DNA of 64,000 bases from Macrostomum lignano (taxonomy: Eukaryota): NCBI GenBank assembly GCA_002269645.1, contig NIVC01003597.1, forward strand, positions 24,701 to 88,700. The letters are read 5' to 3'. Both the position numbers and the translations under genes were made by a program. Within the stretch, counting starts at the first letter, position 1; every line of letters begins with the position of its first letter. Positions 28,501-39,811 of this stretch are shown here, one piece after another. A model generated the notes under the pieces. It saw only the letters and a program-made list of their open reading frames with translations, ran no database searches and was not told the DNA's origin.

Positions 28501-29849
28501 GTTCAGTTGACAATAAATCTGGCAATTGTAGAAAAGCAATTGTAGCTTTTGTATCTTCACTACTTCAGTAGCTGGAATGCAGTAAAAAGAGCAGGGGTCA
28601 GAAAGGTAAATAATAATTATAATATGTAATTATAAATGGACTAAAATGACTAACCAGTTTGACTTTCACTGTCTCAGTTACAAGTACAAGATAGTATGAA
28701 CCCTAGGCCTAGCCTGGCATAGGCCAGCCAGGACTATATATATAGCTATGAGACTGTATAACTATATGTTATAGTATAAGTATAATATAATTAACATATA
28801 TTATACATATAATTATATATAATGAATAATTGTTTCAACTTAACTTCTTGAGAGTTGACTGAAGTCCCCTGAGCCTAAATGACTATGTATGATATGACTA
28901 TGAGTCTTGCACGAGTTATGACCATGCCTGAAGACTGAGCCTAAATCTAGTAAATGATCTTTAACTTGTTTACTTTTAAGGTTAACTTAAATTTAAAATT
29001 AAATATACACTTTTGCAAAATAATTGTGTCTTGTGAACTGATGGACAAAATCAAACAGAAAATGTGCTGCAGATATGCCAAAAAGCTAAAAAACAGTGAT
29101 AAAAAGGCAACAAAAAAGTAGAAAATGTTTTCTATAACCTACATATAAAGAAAGAAGGTACACACAGTTGTAGAAACAACTGTTTGTCATATAAATGTAA
29201 AGTTTCACTGCTGAAACCAAGATATTTTTCAACTTGTAGACAAAAAAGTTCTAAAAACTTGCCCGGATGAGCCAAAAAGCTAAAATAAGTGACAAGAATA
29301 GAGATAAAAAGTTTTTAAAAAATGTTCCACCCTAAATAGAAACTCCAAAATTTATCTATGAGTACAAACCACTGTTTACCTTTAATTTGCAAAGTCTCAC
29401 TACAAAAGGCAGGATAGTTTCTAACTTACTGACAAAAGAATTAAAAAATCATGCTCCGGCATATGCCATTTTTTTCAACTTTTGTAACAACATGTAAGCA
29501 TATTTTTCATATCCAACCATGTAATGACAGAAAAAGCATGGCAAAAGAAGCAAAACAAGTAGATCTTTGAAATAAGACCAAAAGTAGCAAATTTGGACAA
29601 AAAATGACTATTTTACACTCTACTAAAGTACCTTTTTTCAAAACTGATATCAAAAAGGGAACAAGCCCATAGTGTAATTTTTATATCTAAAAAAACGCAA
29701 ATTTTGAATCTTTAAATAGCCATAACTTTTTTATCACTTGACCAATCTTAACAATCTTGGCCATTTTGGAAATCACTCAAGACCCTCTATCATGCTAGAC
29801 AAGAAAAAATAGGATACCATAAACTTTAGAAAACTCACTGGACAGCCTA
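22560..29849 (-). mobile_element. hAT-like DNA transposon (7-bp TSD; hATw-like), 7290 bp, nested in the EnSpm element
   Basis: 16-bp TIRs TAGACTGTCCAGTGAG / CTCACTGGACAGCCTA; identical 7-bp flanks TTATAGG; internal multi-exon DDE transposase. Confidence 0.85.
24049..28441 (-). CDS. hAT-like transposase; exons 28441-27536, 27311-27024, 26845-26606, 26373-25588, 25464-24906, 24745-24049; 1-nt frameshift at ~24475-24479; ~1158 aa if corrected
   Basis: Catalytic-type motifs TDGTSKKG (D), MTDRH (D), FCGMH (CxxH), GERMFAALD (E); N-terminal coiled coil. Splice sites are canonical and phase-compatible (the exon-3 donor GTTTGT is the weakest). Confidence 0.8.
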
Positions 29850-32800
29850 TTATAGGGCCTAGCAACATATTATACTAACTAACCTTAAGTATTAGGCCTA
29901 TACTAACAAATGTTTGGCCTAAATAAGGCTAAGCATAACATAATCAAAATACTTTATATATTAGATAAGCATAAAAAATATATATTAGAAACAGAGTTTC
30001 ATTGCATTATTATTTACCTACAACAACTGTGTCTTCACTTAGAGTAGGTGCAGAAGCAGATGGCCCAGACAAAAATACAATATTAGATGCTAGACCACTA
30101 AGGGCCTGGTCCTGATTATTTGCAACTTCAGGTTCAACTTGATCTTTGTCTATCTCTTGGGTAGTTTTGCAAGTTACAATCAAGTAAACAAAAAAAGCTA
30201 TGGTTGTAATCCCAGGAGCAAACAAAAAAACTGGCATTCCCAACTTAATATAGTAGCCAGGCTAAGGCCTAGGCAATAATATTTTTATGTTCTTTAAGTT
30301 TAAATTCAAGGGCTAGTGTAGTAGGAAGAGCTTTGCAACAACAGATTTTTATCTAATTAATTTTAGTTACGTTTTTGTATTCTAGGCCTTCGACTTATGC
30401 CAACTTTAAAGCTAAGCAAACATGCAATAAACCAAATAAAAAGCTAAACAAAAAGTCAAATAGAAAGTTAGGTAAACAGTAGGCCTAAATAGCAACGATT
30501 TTTTTTGCAGCTAGAAATCCGTGTCGATGTGCCTGACGGTAGAAATTAAATCAAGTTGGTTAGTAAAAACTGTAGCAGCTACATTTAACAAATCTTTACG
30601 TATACATTAAAGAAACAGATTCTTCTGAATTAGAATTACATAAATGAATAACTCCGTACAATTTTAATTTAAGGAGCTCCCGAATCTAAACGAGTTGCAA
30701 TAATTCAATTGCCAGAAATTCACACATTTGAAATCTTTTTCTATATCAATGTTCCTGCAACAATTCAGCAACATTTTTATGTCAACGTTGATGCCAAGCG
30801 CGCGCTGTCAACAACGTCAATGTTGCAGCAACTAAAGATGGCACTAGGGGTATATTATTTCTCATTGACTACTCAAGCAACGGAATGGAAGACTTGGCAA
30901 ATTATGTTGAAAAAACTGAAATTTATTTAAATATCTGTTCGTGGAGTTTCATGTTCGTGAAGGCAAAAAAAATATACTTTGAGAAAATAAATCTTTGAGA
31001 AATGCAGAGAATCGCAGCAAATGCCATGCTGCTACGCACGATGAAGAAATTAATTAAAAATGTACATGCATGACAATGAAAGATGCAAAAGCTGGCAAAC
31101 AAATGTAGAATATAAACCGACGCAAAACATAAAAATGATCGTAACATGTACAGAGTTAAAAATATGCTAAAAATCGCAAAATTTAAATAGTGAACCACTC
31201 ATGCAACTAATCAAGACACCGATGGATAAAATTTACTCGTGCGCTCGTGTCCCACATTTTTAGTAGTAGTAGTAAGTTGGCTCAGGCAAGAAGCCTGTTT
31301 GGCCAATATATTTCTGTGTATTTAAGATTACTTCAGGAATAGGAGACAATATTTTAGCACTAGTTATTTAATTACGATTAGTACGAGTTTTGCAATATGG
31401 TATTTGAAAGAACGCGGAAATGTTATTAACGATACTTGGACGACTAACGAAGCGAAAGAAAAAGCAAGGAATTAAAAAAAGTATTGCGTGAAATTTATGT
31501 ATGTAGTTGGCGGTATTGCACAAAACAGCTTAGTCCTTACGTCCACATAAGTAGTAGTAAGAAGTTGGCTCAGGCGATTAGCCTGTTTGGCCAATATATT
31601 TAATAGAGCTGTGTATTTGGAAAAATTTTCGAAATAGAGGTTTATAAAGACGATTTGACGACGATTGCATGACGAACGTTATTGTAAAAGATAAAAGTAT
31701 TTGAAAGCGCGCCAGAATTTTTACGGTATTTTTGGACGAAAAGTGACGACTAACAACTAACAACGAGTATAAATATTAATACAAAAATGAGTACGAATTA
31801 CAAGGTATTAGCTTTAATTGCGAGATTACTTTGATTACGATAAGTTGCGAGTAAAGTTCGAACGAAAAATCCAAAAGAGAAAAAAAATAACTATTTTATG
31901 CCAGTATATCAAAGCATATATAACCGTAATTACAATAGCAGTATTTTTGAAAGCACTTATTTTTGAATAAATAACTGAAAAGCGGATTTATTACACTGCT
32001 AATGTATCTGATTCAGTTTGTTTAACTGTTTTAGCTATTCATGACTTCATATATTTTAGCTACACCAGTGAGTTCTTTTCTGACTCTTTTTTCATTTGTA
32101 GCATATCCTATCTTGTGTATTTGATTGCCATAATTAAGAGGTATTGACAAAAGTATTTTTTCCTGATCTCTTCAGTTTGTGGACATTCGGTCAAGTAGTG
32201 TAGAATGTCAGAACCATTTCGCGCTCCACACATTTTACATGGTTCTTGAGAAAAAAAGTTGGGTGTAATCTCGCATTTCAGTTTTAGGAAGGTTCAGTTT
32301 TAGGAATTTCACATGAATAATTACGAAATTTTTCAAATTTGAGCGTAAAATCTCTACACACTTAAACAAATCCGACTGCGCAATAGCAATTTGAGATTCA
32401 TAAGCGGGTTTCAGTGCTAAAATAATCCTACAGAGTTGCTAATACCGATAAAAAATTATTCAACAGTGAAAAACGAAGTAGTAACAATCCGAAAGCGAAA
32501 GAAGGCGCTATTTTAGTATCCTACTAATTTTACTTTTTGTCTTTTTTAGTACCTTCTTAGTTTGCCTTTTTCAAGTAAAGTAAGTAAAATAAATGTGGAG
32601 CTACGTTGTTTTCGGAAAACTAAGTTAGTTAGAAGTCTAGATACTTATTGCAGATACAGCTTGAATTATATATAAACCCATATTCATAGCCCATGGCCAT
32701 AGCCATGCAGTCATGTCAATTGTCATATATAGTTATATAGTTTATCTAGGCTAGGCACAAGATATAAAATATTTTTTGTGCTCAGTTAGCCGATTTTTTA

Positions 32801-33334
32801 TACATTATTTACTAAAGTTAGGAAATCTGGCAGTTCCAAAAGTGCAATTAGTTAAGCAATTGATGGCTTTAATTCATCTATTTACTTGTATTGATTAATT
32901 TGTTTGCTAATTAAATTTTAATTAAGCTCATTGAGTCATGGTTTAAATTTAAGTTTTTCCTTTTAAAATCCACATTTTTTCCATGCAATGGATAAATTCA
33001 TATTGGGCAGGTTTTTCATTATCAGTATTAATTATGATTGAAAAAAAAACTTTTTTCTATCAACTCAAATTTTGTTTTTAATGTTTGAAAATATGCAAAT
33101 AAAAAAAGTTAATTTTAATAAAAAAATTTTCTAGGTCTAAATGATATTTTTAAATCAAGAATTAAATCAATTAAATCAAGAATTAAATCAATTATTTTTT
33201 GTTAAAGTTTCAATTTTGTGCTTTTTTCTTATCCTAGTTTTTATATTTTTATTAAACAACAATAATTGTTAAAATATTTACTTTTAATATATTCATTTTT
33301 ATCATGCTAATCCAATTGATATGTTGGCTTAAAT

Positions 33335-33533
33335 CAGTGGTTCTCAACCTGTGAGTTGCAACCTCCAATGGGGTTACGTGACCATTTTCTAGGGGTTGCA
33401 GCACTAAAAAATGTATGAGTACACCATACTTAATGATGCATTATATCATTTATAAAAGGGGTTGCAAACATAATAAATAATGCAAATGAATAACTCAGCT
33501 CAGGGTCGCCTAAAAAAAGGTTCAGAACCGCTA
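33335..33533. mobile_element. hAT-type MITE, family B (199 bp)
   Basis: TIRs CAGTGGTTCTCAACCT / AGGTTCAGAACCGCTA; 8-bp TSD GCTTAAAT/GCTTTAAT (7/8 match). Confidence 0.85.
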
Positions 33534-33850
33534 GCTTTAATAAAAAAATATTTATAACTTAATGGTTAGGTATAGATTCTGGATGACTACACTATTGAAA
33601 AAAGGAAAGATGAAAGAAAAGAAAAGGGAAAAAGAAAGAAAGAAGAGACAAGAGTGAGGGGAAATAAAAAAGAAAGATTTGGAAAGGCTCTGTAGGCCAA
33701 AAATTTTGCTAATTCTTGTGTTAAGCCAAAAATAAGTACCTGACAAGGCATTGTTTAAATAAAAGCTAGGCTAGGTCTATCTGTATCAATTTTTTTCTTC
33801 AAACCTATTTCAGTGCATCCTATGGATCTGCTGAGTAACCAAAGTTTGTA

Positions 33851-36800
33851 ATGGACAATGCAAATTCCTTCCTAACAACTGGAGCTGTCACTGAGGGTGC
33901 ACTGATAGATTCGCAAGATTCATTTGTGAAGTGTCCACTAAATACAAAATTTTCAAGTTCAGACATGGAAAAAAGCACTCTAGAGGCAGACCAAAGAGTT
34001 GATGACTTAAAAAATCGTCAAGATAGCGAATGTTCTCAAAACTTGCCTGTTGAAATTCACCATGGCTCTCAAAGTGCTCAGGCTATTGGAGTTCATCAGA
34101 GTAACACATACTCAGAGTCAAGTGAAATGCATAACCAGGATCGTGCTAGTGCAGAAGATCAACCAGCGATTGATACTAATTTGAAGGGTCAGGAATCAAC
34201 TGCAAATGCACCAACTGAAAAATTGCAAGAATCCAATGAAGCATTCACTCAGCAAACTGCATTTAGCAATTCTATTGAAAATTCATCGTCTAATGGTGAT
34301 TGTGAAGTAGATCAAGCTTCTGCTCCACTTGAGGATGATCAGCGTGATGCAGCACAGCAGTTGCAAGTAAATAAGTGTACTGATGCTCAGCCTGCCTCAA
34401 GTGCAAGTACTCAAGTTGCAGATGAAGGAGTATCACCACATCCGGTAACAGATGGTTTGTGCACTGTTGAACAATTAGCATCTGCAATCGGCGATGCCAC
34501 CGGAGAGCAGGCTGGAGTATTGGCTTCGAATAATGAAACTAAGCTGATGACGGATGACGAAGATGATGATAACGATCTTGGCTCAAATAAGAACAAATCG
34601 TTCATGTCTTTTCATGACGAAAAAGTTGGTGAACCTGAAACTGCTAAGCCAGGCCCAGATTCAGCTGAGTGTGCAGAGTCCAGCAGCAATGAAAAAGTTG
34701 GTGAACCTGAAACTGCTAAGCCAGGCCCAGATTCAGCTAAGTGTGCAGAGTCCAGCAGCAATGAAAAAGTTGGTGAACCTGAAACTGCTAAGCCAGGCCC
34801 AGATTCAGCTGAGTGTACAGAGTCCAGCAGCAATGAAAAAGTTGGTGAACCTGAAACTGCTAAGCCAGGCCCAGATTCAGCTGAGTGTGCAGGGTCCAGC
34901 AGCAATGAAAAAGTTGGTGAACCTGAAACTGCTAAGCCAGGCCCAGATTCAGCTGAGTGTACAGAGTCCAGCAGCAATGAAAAAGTTGGTGAACTTGAAA
35001 CTGCTATGCCAGGCCTGGGTTCAGCTGAATGTGCAGAGTCCAGCAGCAACAAAAAAGCTGAAGCTCCTCAGTCAAAAATGGCCCCCGGTGACAAGGAAAA
35101 ACAGGCCGACGAAAATGCCAACGAGGATTTGGATCTAGGAGTCGGAGCTGACTTGGAATTGTTGAAAAAGGTGTCAACTGTCCCAGGGCACATGTTGAAA
35201 CGAGCGTCTCATAATCACACCGTTATGTTTGACATCAGCAAGCTTAGCAATGTCGATTTTACCGAGCGCCCCCTTCCGCCCTACAACAAATCTTGGCAAC
35301 GACGCATGGATGCAGATGACTATGTTCGCCTAGCCTACCATACTAACAGATGGAGTGAAATTAAGAAAAACCTATTGTCATTATGCAGTGCTAATGTTAC
35401 TTACTATCACTTGGAAGAAGTAATTATGCTCTGTGGCAGTTTAGATCGCGACATTAATCAATTTGACGTGCTTCGGCATTTTTTTACCCAAGAAATGGAG
35501 CCAGCAGAAGCTGATCACTTGCTCAAAAATCTGTTGCCTAGAATTGTAAATCTTGCAGTCTCCCTGCCAGATCTAATCAAAGCGCCCATTCCTCTGCTGA
35601 AACACAGGAAAGTAATGAAGCTGAGTCTGTCCCAGCAGCAGATTGCTAGTCTTCTTGCGAATGCATTCTTCTGCACCTTTCCACAGCAAGGCGGACCTTA
35701 TAGCAGGTTTCCAAGCATCAACTTTCACAGGTAAAAACTGCGAATTCTGAAGTATTGATTGATTTCTACCTATACCCTGATCAATTAGCTCTTAGTTTGA
35801 GCTTTATTATACGTTTCTCGTAGTATGTTTTTTTTGAAAACTTGTTTCTTTTCAGTCTGTATTCGTCAGGAGGGCATCAGAGCCCGTGCGGCAGACGGTT
35901 GGAGAAGTTGCGCTGTATCTTTAACTACTTTAACAGAATCACTAAAAAAGGTAAAATGTTAAAGCAAATCAATTAGTAAATGAACCTGAAAATTGAAAGT
36001 AACACCTATTTAATGCATTGCAGAGCCAAATGGTGTGGTAACCATTAGTCGCAGGTGTCTGAAACAAAACTTAGACTGGTGCTCTCGCGTTGAGCCTATT
36101 CCAAAACTACTTCACGTTAGCAGCATCGGCACCATTGAAGACACAGACGGTGAATTTCTGGAGGCAGATTTCGCAAACAAGTACATCGGAGGCGGAGTTC
36201 TCGGTCACGGCTTCGTGCAGGAAGAGATTCGCTTCTCCATTTGTCCGGAACTCATCGTGACCCGCTTGGTTGCCGAATGCATGGACGATCGGGAGGCTCT
36301 GCACGTGAAAGGATTCGAGAGGTTCAGCAATTACACCGGGTACGCCAATAGTTGCCAGTGGGACGGCGACCACCAAGACGCCAGGTCGATCGGACTGGAC
36401 AGGCGCCGCCGGTCTCACTTGGTTGCTATGGACGCGTTGAAATTCAGCAACTGGCGAGAGCAGTTCTGCCGCAACAACATCAACAGGGAGTTGCACAAGG
36501 CTCTGGTGGCATTCGGTGACGTCCCAAGAAATCAGCGTTCTGCCATTGCCACTGGCAACTGGGGCTGTGGCGCCTTCAAAGGCGATGTGAGGCTGAAGTT
36601 TCTCATCCAGTTGATGGCCTGCGCCGTTGCTGGCCGAAGCATGGCTTACTTCACTTTCGGTGACAAAACTCTTCAGCAGCGCCTGCTAAAAATGCACCGC
36701 TTTCTCACTGATAAAGAAGTTTGCGTTGGTGGCGTGTACAGCGCCGTGATTGCTTTCACTGAGCATTTGGACTCCAGTTGTCACGGTGGTTGGCAATATA

Positions 36801-37506
36801 ATTCAGATTCTGCACCGGACTTGTTCGAATTTTTGCGTAATTATGTGCTTCACGGGCCCACTGTTCCACCTCCGACTGAGCCTTCGATAAGCAAAAAAGA
36901 TATTCGTATAGCTTCGAAAAGAGCAAATGCCAACAAAAAGATGCAAGAGCGTCAGCAGAATTCGTCGGATGTCCAAGAGTCGAAGCCAAACAATGAACCG
37001 AGCGACCAGTCGGGGCAAGCACAGGTAGCAAACGCCGAATCAGAGAAGCAGGCAACAGCAGCAGATCTAAGCGATGCAAATTCTGGTGCCCAGGCGCAAG
37101 AGACGCGCTCATCGGACGGTGAATGGAAGCAGCAGAAAAGGAAGAATAAGCCCAACAAAAGCGGTCTCAAGTCGAGTCAAAAGTCGAAGTCTGCGACCGA
37201 GGAGCAGCTGAGCAGCAAGATGAGCAATATGAGTCTTTCGTCGACGACGCCACAGACCAACCGTAGGTTTGCATTTGCTGTCCGAATCCGATTTTTGCTG
37301 TCTGAACCCGATTTCATTGTCGATTAAAACTTTTAATTTTTACAGGTGGAGAAAACAGACGTAAACGGTGCAGTGAGTCGAGCAGATCGGCCGGAGCCGG
37401 GCTGGGCGCCACCCCGCGGGGCTGCGCAGAGCAGCTTCCGGAGCCCAGTAAGAAAAAATTAAGGAAGGACAAGCGGAGAAAGCAAAATACCAAATCAAAT
37501 AAGTGA
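33851..37506 (+). CDS. PARG: Poly(ADP-ribose) glycohydrolase paralog 1; exons 33851-35730, 35856-35950, 36024-37262, 37346-37506; 1124 aa
   Basis: LLANAFFCTFP, SINF, LEKLRCIFNYF, ADFANKYIGGGVLGHGFVQEEIRF (GGG-x-QEE catalytic signature), ATGNWGCGAFKGD; exons sum to 3375 nt. Confidence 0.95.
34619..35050. repeat. 72-bp coding minisatellite (6 x EKVGEPETAKPGPDSAECAESSSN) in the PARG1 N-terminal region
   Basis: Tandem in-frame units. Confidence 0.95.
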
Positions 37507-37862
37507 TTATGAGTGTTCTGCGCATCTAGAATTACTGTTTTTAACGTTTTATTTAAAGTATTAATAGCTACCTTCCTAAATCTGGTTTTAAACCTAAATT
37601 TAACAAATTTTGAATCGCAAAAAAACTTCGAAAACTACAGGAGGGGGTTTCACAACCTCGAAAGCACATTCCTTCACAAGGTCGAAACTTCACAACGTCG
37701 AAACTTCACAATGTCGAAGACTACTGTGTGGTTCTTGTTATAGCTCTATTGAGTCGACGTAGTGAAATTTCGAGCTTGTGCAAGCACCCCCCAGAAGCTG
37801 CTGCCTTTTTATTACTTAGGTTAGGCAATGCAGCCTATAAAACGAGGTTGTTGACGATGACA

Positions 37863-38143
37863 TTCATTGTCGATTAAAACTTTTAATTTTTACAGGTGGA
37901 GAAAACAGACGTAAACGGTGCAGTGAGTCGAGCAGATCGGCCGGAGCCGGGCTGGGCGCCACCCCGCGGGGCTGCGCAGAGCAGCTTCCGGAGCCCAGTA
38001 AAAAAAAATTAAGGAAGGACAAGCGGAAAAAGCAAAACAAGAACAAAAAGTGATTATTAGTGTTCTGCGCATCTAGAATTGTGGTTTCAACGTTTTATTT
38101 AAAGTATTAGTAGCTACCTTCCTAAATCTGGCTTTAAACCTAA
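37863..38143 (+). repeat. Direct duplicate (offset 550 bp) of 37313-37595, containing a second in-frame copy of the PARG1 terminal exon (37896-38053)
   Basis: Near-identical sequence including the acceptor TTTTTACAG; reading frame ends ...KKKLRKDKRKKQNKNKK*. Confidence 0.9.
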
Positions 38144-39258
38144 TGGCCTTCTAAATATAAGAGAGTCTGAATCGGAAAGCCTGAAAATATACGCGGTGAA
38201 TCTATAGGTGTTCTTTGTTTAAATTAAAAAAAAGTAGCTCAGAGGCCTGCTGCCCATAGATCTTATATTCCATAGATAGGCCACTTTGTATTGCGGCAAT
38301 AAGGAAAGTGCGACCGCTGGTTTTCGTCACTTTTGCAAGAAAAGCCGATATGGGTTGCTACTAAAGCTACTGAAATTTTTTGTTTAGTAGCTAGGAGACA
38401 TAGACGCTATTTTTTAGACTTCGATAGAACTTCTCATTAAGTAAGGGTATAGATATGTTCAAGCAGTAGTAGCACTGCAGAGATTACTGATGAAATTGAG
38501 TTCAGTAAATGATTTTCGTAGAACATCCAGAGGATAGCCCAGGGAGTTCTTGTAGCTTGCAAACTTCTCTCCATGCTGTAGCATTTGATGCTACAGATTT
38601 GATGCTCTGGCGTTCGCCAGACAATCGTCACGCACTGGGACCGCTGATTATTTATCCATTGTTTCATGAATGTATTTTGAAATCTATAAAACAAGGTTGT
38701 TGAAGATGACATAGAAAGTTTGACTTTTACCTTTATTTTGCCACAGTTAATCGGTTTTTAAAGCTATTTATCGTTTCAACAATAGGTTATCCAAATAATC
38801 TGGTAGACTTTCAGTCTAAAGATGTCTAAACTTTTCTGACACGGTCATAAAATAAGTCAGACGATAAAAATTGTATTTGTCTGTTCGAACTCCTTGTTCA
38901 AAGAGGTTCTGTATAATTTGGTCTTAATAATAATTATAATAATGTCACGCCCAGCGCTGACCACACAAGTGGCCAAAGGGGAGGGGGGGCGTCAAATATA
39001 TATAAAAAACAGACAAACATCGCGCCAGTTTTAATATTAGTAGATAAATAGGTTTAAAATAAATTTGTTACACGCTCCTATTGATTTTCAAAAGGTAGCG
39101 TGTCATTGATAAAGAAAAATAGTTGCTTGCGTTTTTACGTTATTTTTATTAGGTTTTTGACGTAGGGATATAGAAGTGTTAAAAGAAACAATTATACTAT
39201 TTTAGACTTTTGGATGTCTCTAGGATCAATAAGAACAAAATTGTGTCGATCTTTAAAC

Positions 39259-39579
39259 CAAGGACGACTCAAGTACGAGTAGAAGGACAATTTCTTGGAA
39301 AATTTTAGTAGGCAGGTTTTCTGAAAAAATACTACGGTGATAGGAAGTTTTCATTTTTCATCACAAAAATTGATATTGCTTTCGATAGGAGGCAGATCCA
39401 ATGTTCTTCTTTTGATTTGCTGCTGTGCCTTTCTTATGGCTCTATTGATATTCACAAAGTTTTTCGTTCAGAAAATTAGGATTCTTCACATCTCCGTAGT
39501 GTATTTTTTGCGAAAAAACCGGCCCCCTAAAATTTTGCAATAAACGAGGTTACCCGTCCTTTTACTTGAGACGTCCTTG
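39259..39579. mobile_element. hAT-type MITE, family A, long copy (321 bp)
   Basis: TIRs CAAGGACGACTCAAGTA / TACTTGAGACGTCCTTG; perfect 8-bp TSD CTTTAAAC. Confidence 0.9.
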
Positions 39580-39811
39580 CTTTAAACTTGTTTATTTTGC
39601 TTGTATTGAGAGTTTAGATTCTATATATTCAGATTGTCTGCTTAACTGTCACATGCGAAAGAAATGTTCTTATTTTAACTTTCGCATCAAATATTAATGC
39701 TGCAACGATTCCGTTTCTTTATGCAGTAACCGAACTAAGGTTTTGCGATTTCTGTCAACTAAATATTTTGTTATTTCATCTTCCGCTGCAAAAAGCGGGT
39801 ATTTTATCTCA

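Larger units (their letters stand above)
14261..30850 (-). mobile_element. EnSpm/CACTA-like (CMC superfamily) DNA transposon, 16.6 kb including a nested 7.3-kb element
   Basis: TIRs CCCCTAGTGCCATTTATGTTGC (14261) and GCAACTAAAGATGGCACTAGGGG (30850); 3-bp TSD TAT; CAAC(A/G)TTG subterminal repeats at both ends; encodes a transposase plus an accessory gene. Confidence 0.88.

Noticed and set aside
38944-39046. Short element ending ACAGACAAACAT...TTTAATATTAGTAGAT, reminiscent of Helentron/HINE-type ends
   Set aside because: Only one copy is visible and there is no second diagnostic terminus
39743-39811. Longer N-terminus for PARG2 suggested by the ORF track
   Set aside because: It starts at TTG in AT-rich sequence; the first in-frame ATG is 39812
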